64,000 nucleotides of DNA, from assembly GCA_963726245.1 (NCBI GenBank), contig CAVSBT010000030.1:32001-96000 (forward strand), in the 5' to 3' direction. The DNA is from an uncultured Chloroflexia bacterium (GTDB taxonomy: Bacteria; Chloroflexota; Dehalococcoidia; DSTF01; JALHUB01). The notes beneath the pieces are model-generated. The model ran no database searches, was not told the DNA's origin, and saw only the letters and a program-made list of their open reading frames with translations. Of the stretch, positions 20,550 through 30,589 are shown in pieces. Within the stretch, counting starts at the first letter, position 1. Every line of letters begins with the position of its first letter. A program made the translations under genes and the position numbers.

Positions 20550-22464
20550 CGCGGCGGCCGACAGCGCCGTCGCCCTCGATCACGCCATCGAGCGCGCCCA
20601 GGACTACTTGCTCCACCACCAGCACGCCGAAGGCTACTGGTGGGGCGAGCTGGAGTCGAACGTCACCATGGCCGCCGAGTACCTGCTCCTGACGCACTTC
20701 CTGGGGACAGGCGATCCGGAGCGCTGGCGGAAGCTCGCGGCCTATATGCGCCAGCACCAGCGCCCCGACGGCGCCTGGAGCGTCTGGTACGCGGGCCCTC
20801 CCGACCTCAATTGCACCGTCGAGGCCTACTTCGCCCTCAAGCTGGCCGGCGACGGGCCCGACGAGCCCCACATGCGCCGGGCCCGCGAGTTCGTTCTCTC
20901 CCAGGGCGGCATCGCCCGCAGCCGCGTCTTCACCCGCATCTGGCTCGCCCTCTTCGGCCAGTATGACTGGCGGGCCCTGCCGGTCATGCCGCCGGAGCTC
21001 ATGCTCCTGCCCAACTGGTTTCCGCTCAACATCTACGCCTTCGGTAGCTGGGCCCGCGCCACCATCGTCGCCCTTCTCGTGGTGATGACGCTGAAGCCGG
21101 TCTGCCCGCTGCCCCCCGGCGCCGGCGTCGACGAGCTCTACTGCGACCCGGCCGATCGTCGCCGGGCCGCCGTCCGCGCCGGCCGCCGCCCGTCCGCCTG
21201 GCGCAGCTTCTTCCTGGCTGCCGATCGGGCGCTCCACGTCCTGGAGCGCTGGCCCTGGAAGCCTCTGCGGGGCATGGCGCTGAGACGGGCGGAGCGCTGG
21301 ATCGTGGAGCACCAGGAGGCCGATGGAAGCTGGGCCGGCATCCAGCCGCCCTGGGTCTACTCCCTCATGGCCCTCCACTGCCTGGGCTATGGGCTCGACC
21401 ACCCGGTCATGGCGCGAGGCCTCAAGGGGTGGGAGGGCTTCTCCCTGGAGGACGACGAGACCTTCCACGTCCAGCCGTGCATCTCGCCTGTGTGGGACAC
21501 AGCCCTGGCCGTCATCGCCCTTCGCGACGCGGGCCTTCCGCCGGACCACCCGGCTCTCCTCCAGGCGGGCCGCTGGCTGCTGGAGCGCCAGATCCTGGCG
21601 GGCGGCGACTGGCAGGTGAAGAGCCCAACGACGCCGCCCGGCGGCTGGCCCTTCGAGTTCGCCAACGACCGCTACCCGGACATCGACGACACGGCGGTGG
21701 TGATGATGGCGCTGCGTGGCCTGCCGCTGCCCGGAGCAGGACGCCCTAAAGGGAGCCCTGGACCGCGGCCTGGGCTGGCTGCTGGGCATGCAGAGTCGCA
21801 ACGGCGGTTGGGCCTCCTTCGACAAGGACAACACGCGGCGCTTCGTCACCCAGATCCCGTTCTGCGACTTCGGTGAGGTCATCGACCCGCCGAGCGAGGA
21901 CGTCACCGCCCATGTCGTCGAGCTGCTGGGCGCCTGGGGCTTCGACGCCAGGAGCCCGCCCTCCAGCGGGCCCTCGCCTACCTGTGGTCGACCCAGGACC
22001 CGGAGGGCGCCTGGTTCGGGCGCTGGGGCGTCAACTACGTCTACGGCGCCGGCGCCGTGCTGCCCGCCCTGGCCGCGACGGGCCACGACATGGGCGATGA
22101 GAGGGTGCGCAGGGCTGTGCGCTGGCTGGAAGCGCACCAGAACAGCGATGGCGGCTGGGGCGAGGCCTGCGAATCGTACTTGGACGAGACCATGCGCGGC
22201 CGCGGTCCCAGCACCGCCTCCCAGACCGCCTGGGCGCTGCTCGCCCTGCTGGCGGCGGGCGAAGAGGCCGGCGAGGCCGCCCGGCGCGGCGTCGACTACC
22301 TGGTCCGCACTCAGGCCGAGGACGGCTCGTGGGAGGAGCCTCACTTCACCGGCACCGGCTTCCCCGCCGACTTCATGCTCAAGTACCACATGTACCGCGT
22401 CTACTTCCCCCTCATGGCCCTGGGGCGCTACCGGCGTCTCAGAGCGAGCGCACCCGCCCGATGA
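20479..22464 (+). CDS. shc: Squalene-hopene cyclase (frameshifts ~21720-21750 and ~21960)
   Basis: GYWWGELESN, QW repeats (QEADGSW, QNSDGGWGE), SPVWDT, catalytic DIDDTA, FTGTGFP. Confidence 0.95.
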
Positions 22465-23392
22465 TCGAGCCCGCGTCGGCCGACCTGCTGGCGAGCGAGC
22501 GCCCTCCTGCACCCGGAGGTGGCCGCCCAGGCGGAAGGCATGAGCGCCGCCGAGGCCTTCGAGTACTGCCGCCGGTACGCCTCCTCGCACTATGAGAACT
22601 TCACGGTCGTCTCCTGGTTCCTGCCGCGACGCCTGCGCCCTCATTTCTTCGCCCTCTACGCCTACTGCCGCTTCGTCGACGACCTGGGTGACGAGGCGAC
22701 CGGCGACCGCCTGGCGCTCCTCGACGAATGGGAGGCGGCGCTCCGCCGCTGCTACGAGGGCCGGCCGCAGCACCCCATCCTGGTGGCGCTGGCCGAGACG
22801 GTGCGGCGAGCACGCCGTCCCCATCGAGCCCTTCCTGCGCCTCATCGAGGCCAACCGCATGGACCAGCGCATCCATCGCTACGCCACCTACGACGACCTC
22901 CTGCGCTACTGCCAGCACTCCGCGAACCCGGTGGGCCGCCTGGTCCTTCACCTCATGGGCTACACCGACGAGGAGCGCCGCCGCCTCTCGGACTGCACCT
23001 GCACCGCCCTCCAGCTCACCAACTTCTGGCAGGACGTGGCACGGGACCTCGAGAAGGGACGCATCTACATCCCGCTGGAGGACATGGCCCGATGCGGCTA
23101 CCCGGAGGAGCGGCTCCTGACGCGGGTGGTCAATGATGCGTTCCGCCGCCTGATGGCCCTGGAGGTGGAGCGCGCCCGGCGCCTCTTCGAGGAAGGGCGC
23201 CGCCTCGAAGACCTGGTGGACCGGCGGTTCCAGGTCGACCTGCGGCTCTTCCGCCTGGGAGGCGAACGCATTCTGCGGGCCATCGAGAGACAGGGCTACG
23301 ATGTGCTTCACCGCCGGCCCTCGCTGTCGAAGGGTGAAAAGCTATGGCTCATGTTGACTACGGTCGCACGACAGGCTCTGCCGCTGCGGTAG
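22461..23392 (+). CDS. hpnC: Squalene synthase HpnC (frameshifts ~22510 and ~22800)
   Basis: HYENFTV, RFVDDLGDE, YCQHSANPVGRL, LQLTNFWQD. Confidence 0.92.
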
Positions 23393-24288
23393 GCGTCCCT
23401 TCCTCCGGCCCCGTAGCCTCACCCGCGGAGGTGGAACGCGCCTATCGATCCTGCCAGGACTACACCAGGAGCCGCGCCAAGAACTTCTACTACGCCTTCG
23501 CCGCGCTGCCGCCCGCTAAGCGGAGGGCCATCTATGCCGCCTACGCCTTCGCCGGGCAGGTGGACGACGTAACCGACGGCGACGCGTCTCTGGAAGCCAA
23601 GACGTGCGAGCTGGCTGAGTACAGGCGGCGTCTGGACGGCTGCTACCACGGACACCGCCAGGAGCCCTTGTTCGTCGCCCTCGGTAACGCGGCCGACCGC
23701 TTCTCCCTACCACGCGAGCACTTCGAGGAGCTGGTCAACGGTGTGGAGATGGACCTCACCACCTACCGCTACCGCACCTTCGACGAGCTCCGCCCGTACT
23801 GCTATCGCGTAGCCTCCGTGGTCGGGCTCATCTGCATCCAGGTCTTCGGCCACCGGCCGCACCCGCGGGCCAGGGAGTTCGCGACGGACATGGGCATCGC
23901 CCTGCAGCTCACCAACATCATGCGTGACGTGAGAGAAGATGCGGAGCGCGGCCGCATCTACCTGCCTTTGGATGAGCTGGACCGCTTCGGCTACAGCGAA
24001 GCGCAGCTCCTGAGAGGCGACTACAACGAGGCCTTCCGCCGGCTCATGGCCTTCCAGGCGGGGCGCGCCCGTGGCCACTTCGCGAGCGGGCGGCTGCTGC
24101 TGCCTCTGCTCTCGATGCGCTCCCGCGTCTGCATCAACGTGCTCCAGGGGGTTTACTTCGAGATCCTCCGTCGCATCGAAGAGCGGCGGTACGACGTGTT
24201 CTCGGAGCGGGTCAGCTTCTCGGATCGCGAGAAGCTGACGCTGATTGGGAAGCTATGGTTGCAGGCCTTGAGGCCCCGCGCGGCATAG
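23344..24288 (+). CDS. hpnD: Presqualene diphosphate synthase HpnD (start uncertain)
   Basis: AKNFYYAF, VDDVTD, GVEMDL, YCYRVASVVG, LQLTNIMRDVREDA. Confidence 0.9.
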   Translation: MAHVDYGRTTGSAAAVGVPSSGPVASPAEVERAYRSCQDYTRSRAKNFYYAFAALPPAKRRAIYAAYAFAGQVDDVTDGDASLEAKTCELAEYRRRLDGCYHGHRQEPLFVALGNAADRFSLPREHFEELVNGVEMDLTTYRYRTFDELRPYCYRVASVVGLICIQVFGHRPHPRAREFATDMGIALQLTNIMRDVREDAERGRIYLPLDELDRFGYSEAQLLRGDYNEAFRRLMAFQAGRARGHFASGRLLLPLLSMRSRVCINVLQGVYFEILRRIEERRYDVFSERVSFSDREKLTLIGKLWLQALRPRAA

Positions 24289-25664
24289 GCCGCCGGGTCG
24301 CGATAGTCGGGGCGGGCCTGGCCGGTCTCGCCGCCGCCTGTGAGCTGGCGGAGCGCGGCTTCGCCGTCACGCTGTTGGAGAGACGGCCCTTCGCGGGCGG
24401 CAAGACCTACTCGTTCGTCCATCCCGCCAACGGAGTCGAGGTGGACAACGGCCAGCACGTTGTCCTCAACTGCTGCACCGCCTACGGCGATTTTCTCCGT
24501 CGCCTGGGGCAGTCTGAGGCCATCCGTCGCCAGCGCCGCCTCGACGTGGTGGTTATTTCTAGAGGGCGGGCGGCCCGCCTAGCCGCCCGAGCCCTGGCCG
24601 GCGCCGTTCCATCTCCTGTCCTCGCTTGCCGGCTACCGGCATCTGAGCCCGCGTCAGCGGCTGCGGGCCGTCCGGGGAGCGCTGCACATGCTGCGTACCG
24701 ACGAGAGGACGCCCGGCCTGGACGACGAACCCTTCGCCGCCTGGCTCCTCCGCCATGGCCAGACCCCAGAGGTGATGCAGCGGCTATGGGACGTCATCGT
24801 AGTCGCCACGCTGAACGGGCGCTGTGAGGAGGTGAGCGCGGCCGCCGCCCTCATGGTGCTGAGGACCGGCTTCCTGCGTTCGGCCACCGGCGGCGGCATC
24901 GGCGTGCCCCGCGTCGCACTCTCTGCTCTGCACGTCGAGCCAGCCCTCCGCTACCTCCGGCAGCGCGGTGCCCAGGTCCTGACCCACGCCGCCGTTCGGG
25001 CGGTCCACGTCGAGGATGGCGCCGTGGTTGGGCTGTCGCTGGCGGACGGCGCCGCCATCGAAGCCGACGCCTACGTATTGGCGACGCCGCCCTCCGCCAC
25101 GCGTCGACCTCCTGCCTCAGCCCTGGCGCGAGCACCCCCTCTTCGAGTCCATCGGACGAATACGCAGCGCGCCCATCGTCAACGTCCACCTGTGGTACGA
25201 AAGGCCCGTGATGGACCTCCCATTCGCCGCCTTCCTTGACGAAGACCTCCAGTGGGCCTTCAACACCTCCCTGCTGCGCGGCGAGAAGTCTGCCGGTCAT
25301 CACCTGACCCTGTCTCTCAGCGCGGCCCAACGCTACATGGGCCTGGAGAAGAGGGAGATCGTCGAGAGGCTCACCGCCGCCCTCGGCCGCGTCTTCCCTG
25401 CCGCCCGTGGGAACGAGGTCGTACAGGCGGCGGTCATCAAGGAGCCAGAGGCGACCTTCCTAGCCGGAGCCCGGAGCGGGCCGGCGGAGACCGGGGCCCG
25501 TAACGCCCATCGCCGGCCTCTTCCTGGCCGGCGCCTGGACCGATACGGGCTGGCCCGCCACCATGGAGAGCGCCGTCCGCAGCGGCATGGCATGCGCCCA
25601 GGCCGTCGGCGAGCGGCTCAGCGCCGCCGGCCGGCCGGTTCGGGTGGCGGCTGCCGCCGTCTAG
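24255..25664 (+). CDS. hpnE: Hydroxysqualene dehydroxylase HpnE (several frameshifts)
   Basis: GAGLAGL FAD motif, VDNGQHV, PIVNVHLWY, KEPEATF, LAGAWTDTGWPATMESAVRSG. Confidence 0.9.
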
Positions 25665-25678
25665 ATAGGGAGATTGGC

Positions 25679-26693
25679 ATGCCGGTGCCCCTGGCTCAAA
25701 GCGCCGCGCTCGGCGCCTACCTGGTGAAGAAGCGCCTGGCCGGACAGAAGCGGTTTCCCCTGGTCCTGATGCTGGAGCCTCTCTACCGCTGCAACCTGGC
25801 CTGCGCCGGCTGCGGCAAGATCCAGCACCCGGAGCCCGTACTGAACACCATGCTCTCGCCGGAGGAGTGCTTGCGGGCGGCCGAGGAGTGCGGCGCGCCC
25901 GTGGTCTCGATCGCCGGCGGCGAGCCGCTCATCCACCCGCAGATCGATGAGATCGTCGCCGGCCTGGTGGGACGGAAGCGCTTCGTGTACCTCTGCACCA
26001 ACGCCCTTCTTCTGGAGCGCTCGTTGCCGAAACTGAAGCCGTCTTCTTACCTGACCGTCGGCGTGCACCTGGACGGACCCCGCGAGCTGCACGACGCCAT
26101 GGTCCGCCGAGACGGCGTCTTCGACAAGGCGGTGCGCGCCATTCGCGCCGCCAAAGAGGCCGGCCTGCGGGTGAGCACCAACACCACCATCTACACCCAC
26201 AGCTCGCCGGAGCAGATAGCGACGTTCTTCAACTTCCTGATGGGCCTGGGCGTGGACGGCCTCATGCTCTCGCCCGCCTACGACTACCCGGAGGCGGCAG
26301 ATCAGTCCGCCTTCCTGACGCGCCATCAGATGGTCGAGACGTTTCAACGGATCTTCGCTCAACAAGACCACGGCCGCTGGCGCTTTGAGCACACGCCCCT
26401 CTTCCTGGAGTTCTTGCAGGGGAAGCAGTCCCTCCAGTGCACCGCCTGGGGGAATCCCACCCGCAGCGTCCTGGGCTGGCAGCGCCCCTGCTACCTGATC
26501 GCCGACGGCTACGCCAGCCAGCTTCGAAGAACTGATGGAGGACACAGAGTGGGAGCGCTACGGCCGCGGCCGCGACCCGCGCTGCGCCAACTGCATGATG
26601 CACTGCGGCTACGAGCCCTCGGCGGTGCGGGCTACGTCCTCCAGCCTCCCGAAGATGGTCCGCGCTGCCCGCTTCGCGCTGACCGGGAGGTGA
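25679..26693 (+). CDS. hpnH: Adenosyl-hopene transferase HpnH, radical SAM (frameshift ~26520)
   Basis: FPLVLMLEPLYRCNLACAGCGKI, AGGEPL, CTAWGNP, GWQRPCYL, CANCMMHCGYE. Confidence 0.93.
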
Positions 26694-27505
26694 GCGACGC
26701 GCGAGCAGCCGGTGTCGCTGGCGATCCTGGCGGCTCTTCCCGCCGAGGCGCGGGCTTTGCGCCGCGCCCTCTCCCAGGTTGCGCCTTCAGCCAGCGACGC
26801 CGGCGTCTTCGAGGGCCGCATCGCCGGGCAGCGGGTGGTGGTGGGCGCCGGCGGTGTGGGCCGGGCTCCCACCGAGGCGATGGCCCGCTTTACTGCTCCG
26901 AGACCTATCGCCCGCGGGTCATGCTCGTCGCCGGCGTGGCGGGGGCGCTGGACCCCGCCCTCGACAGGGGCCAGACAGTCGTCTCGCCGCGAGTGCGTCA
27001 CCTCGAAGGTCCCCATCACGAGGACCATGGTGGCGAAGTCGATGACATACGCTGCGATGAGGGCCTCGTCCAGACCGCCTTGCAGGCGCTGCGCAAGGCC
27101 GGCGTCGCCTGTGCCCTCTCCGACTGCGCGACCGTAGACGTGGCACTTACCACCGTTCGCGAGAAGGCCGAGGCCTGGGACCGTCTCGGCGCCGGCATCG
27201 TCGACATGGAGGCCTACTGGGCCGGCCTGGCGGCTCGCGAGCACGGGGTGCCGTTCCTGGCCGTTCGCGTTGTCCTGGACCTGGCGAGCGAGCGCCTTCC
27301 CGCCTTCACCCGCGAGTGGCGCGGCCCCAGGGACTCCCCAAGGCTGGTCCGGCGCTGGCTGCTCCGGCCCTGGGAGGTGGTCGAGGCTCTGGTGCTCCGA
27401 CGCCGCCTGGCGCAGGCGCTGCGGGCGCTCGAGCTGGCAATCGCGGCCCTCGCGCCCGCGCTGGCCTCAGCCCGCGCAGGCGAGGAAAGCGAGGCGAAAC
27501 TCTAA
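26690..27505 (+). CDS. hpnG: HpnG-like nucleoside phosphorylase/nucleosidase (frameshifted)
   Basis: ILAALPAEA, GVAGALDP, VDMEA, AVRVVLD; follows hpnH. Confidence 0.75.
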   Translation: MSDARAAGVAGDPGGSSRRGAGFAPRPLPGCAFSQRRRRLRGPHRRAAGGGGRRRCGPGSHRGDGPLYCSETYRPRVMLVAGVAGALDPALDRGQTVVSPRVRHLEGPHHEDHGGEVDDIRCDEGLVQTALQALRKAGVACALSDCATVDVALTTVREKAEAWDRLGAGIVDMEAYWAGLAAREHGVPFLAVRVVLDLASERLPAFTREWRGPRDSPRLVRRWLLRPWEVVEALVLRRRLAQALRALELAIAALAPALASARAGEESEAKL

Positions 27506-27517
27506 CTAGAGACTGCG

Positions 27518-30400
27518 TCACAGGTCCAGCCGGAACCCCTGGCCGCGAACCGTGACTATCAGCTCCCTGGCGGCGCCCGCCGCCCGCAGCCTCTCGCGGA
27601 CGCGGTGCACCAGCGAGTCGACGGCTTCCTCCGAGACGCCGGCGGCCTCCACCCCCGGCCAGACGCGGCGAATGATCTCCTCCCTCGTGCATAGCCTGCC
27701 CGCCTTCTCGTACAGGTGGGCGAGCAGTTCGTACTGCTCCCTCGACAAGGATGGCGTGACCTCTCGGCCCCTCACGAAGAGACGGTGCGTGGCGAGGTCC
27801 AGCCGCAGCTCCTCTTCGACTGCGACCGGGCTGTCCTGTTCGGCGGGAGCCGCCCGCTCTAGCGCCCCGACGGCGACCCCCGCCGGCTCACGATGCCGCC
27901 GCCCGTTGTAGAAGACCAGGGCCACGCCTGCGGCGACCGCCATGAGCGCGGCGACGGTGGCCAGCGAGACACCCAGCGGGACCGGGAACCCTCCCCCTGC
28001 ACCACCACCGGCGCCGGCCTCAGGAGAGGAGACGGCCGTGCCGGCCCCGGTCCCGGACGGGAGCACGGAGATGGGCTCGGGCGCCGCCCAGTCGAGATCC
28101 CCGCTCTTCACTGTCACCTGCACTTGGCCTGAGCGAGGGGAGGTCAACTTAGCGGTCGCTATGCCATCGATGGTCAGGGCGGCGACCTCCTGGAGGGCGC
28201 CATCCGGCATCTGAAAGCTGAAGGTCACTTTCGTGTCGTTTGGAACCCGGTGTCCGTTGCCAGCCGCCAGCGGCTGCGCCAGCGACACGGCGAACTGCTG
28301 CCCGGCCACCGGCTGGCTGGGGTCGACCGTGAGCTGAAGGTGCTGGGAGGGGTCAGCCTTCACCTGCTCGTTCAGGTCATAAAGGACGTAATCGTTGTAG
28401 ACGTAGTCGACGGGCAGGCTGCCGTGGCCAGCGCCGGTGCGGAAGATGGTCGGGTCCTGGAAGAGGGCCCGCAGGGATACCCTCAAAGACGGCTCTGTCT
28501 TGCTGTACAGGGCGATGAACAGGTCGACGTTTCGAAGCTCGCCGGCGTCCAGGTGATAGGGCGAGTTGTAGGCGAAGACAACGACCTTCTTGCTGCGCAG
28601 GTCGAAGAGCGACGGGCCCCTTCCCAGGAAGTCCTTCAAGACCTCTGAATCGGGAAAGCGACTCGGATCGCGCTCCAGGAAGGCGAAGACCAGCCAGTCG
28701 GCCTCCTCCACCGCCTTTCTCACTTCAGCGTCCCCCGTCCCTCTCAGGACGCTCCCCAGCTCGCTGAAGCTGATCGTCCTCAGACTGTCCTGCGAAACGC
28801 GGCCCGGGAACATCTCGGCGACCAGGCCGGCGAGCTTGCCTCGGGGCCAGAGGGGCCGGTAGCCGACGAGGTCCGAGGGCGCGGAGCACGTTGGGTCATC
28901 CCAGCACTCGACGAACAGGATCTTCTGGCCGAGGGTTGGCGCGGGCAGCGTCCTCCTGAACTCCTCCACGGCTGGCGGGACGGATGAACGTGAGAGCTCT
29001 TTCGGCAATCGACTCCACTTTGGCTGCGCTGTCTGCCAGTCCCACGGCGGCGGGCCCGCTGGTGGCGGCCGTGACCACCGCCGGCTGCAAGCCCTGGTAT
29101 AGGCGCTGCTTGAGAGAGAGGACCCGCCGTGCAGCGTCATCGACTCGCTCTCGCACCTGCGCCGTCCGCCTCGTACCGGCTCACCAGGTAGTCGACGGTC
29201 GCCGGGAGGTCTTGCCACTGCCAGGGCCGGATCAGCGGCAGGATGTCATTGCCCGCCATCAGGGCCTCCAGCGCCACGTCGCCCTGCCGGTACGTCCCGA
29301 ACTTGTTCAGCGCATAGGCCTGCACCGCGCCCGCCGCCAGGTCGTCGGCCACGGTGAGGCCGCCGGCCTCACGCCAGGCGGCGAAGTCCGGCAATCCCAT
29401 GAAGGTCTGCATGCAACTGGGGCTGAACGTCACGGGCGTCCGGCCGTCGCAGCCGGCGACGCCGGGGTAGCTCAGGTGGGAGTTCATGATTCCGTCGGTG
29501 ACGCCGGGGTCTCCGGGCTTGCCCCGCGAAACGGCGGCGAAGGGCGCCAGGTCCACCTGCGCCAGCTCCTCCAGCGTCTTCCCCACGACGATGGGGACGT
29601 CCTCGTAGTCGACCTGCCGCGTGCTGCGGCCGTGGCCGGGGAAGTGCTTGGCCACCGTCGCCAGCCGCCCTCCTCCGCACTTCTCCACGCCCCGCGTATA
29701 GGCGGCGCCCATCTCCCCCACCCAGCGGGGGTCGCCGCCGAAGACGCGAATCCCCTGGTCGCCGGGGCCGCCCGACCGGGGCGAGTCGAGCACGTCCAGG
29801 TCGGGACCGAAGAGCATGTTGACGCCGACGGCAGCCAGCTCCTGCCCAACGATGCAGCCCACCGTCTCGGCCTGACTCGGGTCGAAGGTGGCTCCGATGG
29901 CCATGTTGCTGGGGATAGGCGTGAAGCGGTTCAAGAGCCGGGTGGAGGGACGGCCGTCACCCTCGTGGTCGATGGTGACGAACAGCGGCAGGCAGTAGGC
30001 CGTGCCCCCCGCGGTGCCCGCAGAGGCCTCACAGGCCGCCTGCTGCAACTGCTGGGTAAGACCCGCCACCTGCGACGGCGTGTCAGGGTCGCTGTCCTGT
30101 CGGGAAGTCGCAGTGGACGGGGTCGTCGGCGGTCCCGTTCACTATGTTGCAGTTCTCCGGGCTGAGGTAGACGCCTCCCACCTTGTTCTCGGCGATGAAC
30201 GCGCGGGCCTCGGGGCTCAGCTCCGGGCCCTGGAACCCCACGACAAATAGCTGCTCCACCTTCTCCCGCGGGCTCAAGGACTGGAGGAGCATATTGACGA
30301 GGTCGGCTTGCGCCGGGGTAGGCTGCTGAGCGAGAGCCGGTGGGCTTCCCAGGGATGCAGCGACGAGCACCAGCGCCAGCAGGAACAGTCGTGTTCTCAC
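27518..30400 (-). CDS. Signal peptide - GH3 (NagZ-like) - Ig-like - TM - cytoplasmic OmpR-type winged-helix fusion protein (frameshifts ~30075-30110, ~29150, ~28980)
   Basis: ORFs 30083-30481, 29137-30069, 28896-29156 and 27518-29218 join into one gene; LSPREKVEQLF, IDHEG, KHFPGHG, ADDL; TM ~27900-27990; wHTH LSREQYELL...VTVRGQGFRL. Confidence 0.8.
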
Positions 30401-30589
30401 GCCGCGAGTATAGCGCAGCCCCACAGCGGCGAATAGCCGCCCAGCGAACGGCATATCGCAAGACAAGCGCAAGGAAACCACGCTTGAAAAGGCGAATTTG
30501 CGTCAAGCAAGGAGGCCGCCCCAAGAACATGATGAGCCCTGGACGGGGGCTCCGGTAGCGTCCGCCGCTCGGTTGAAGGGAGAAGCGCA

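Noticed and set aside
20344-22872. Long antisense ORFs (also 32989-35058, 13753-14862 and others)
   Set aside because: High-GC shadows of well-supported genes on the opposite strand, with no motifs of their own
25016-27505. 829-aa ORF as an HpnE-HpnH-HpnG fusion
   Set aside because: Chance frame joining through indels; separate stops and starts are visible at 25664/25679 and 26693/26690
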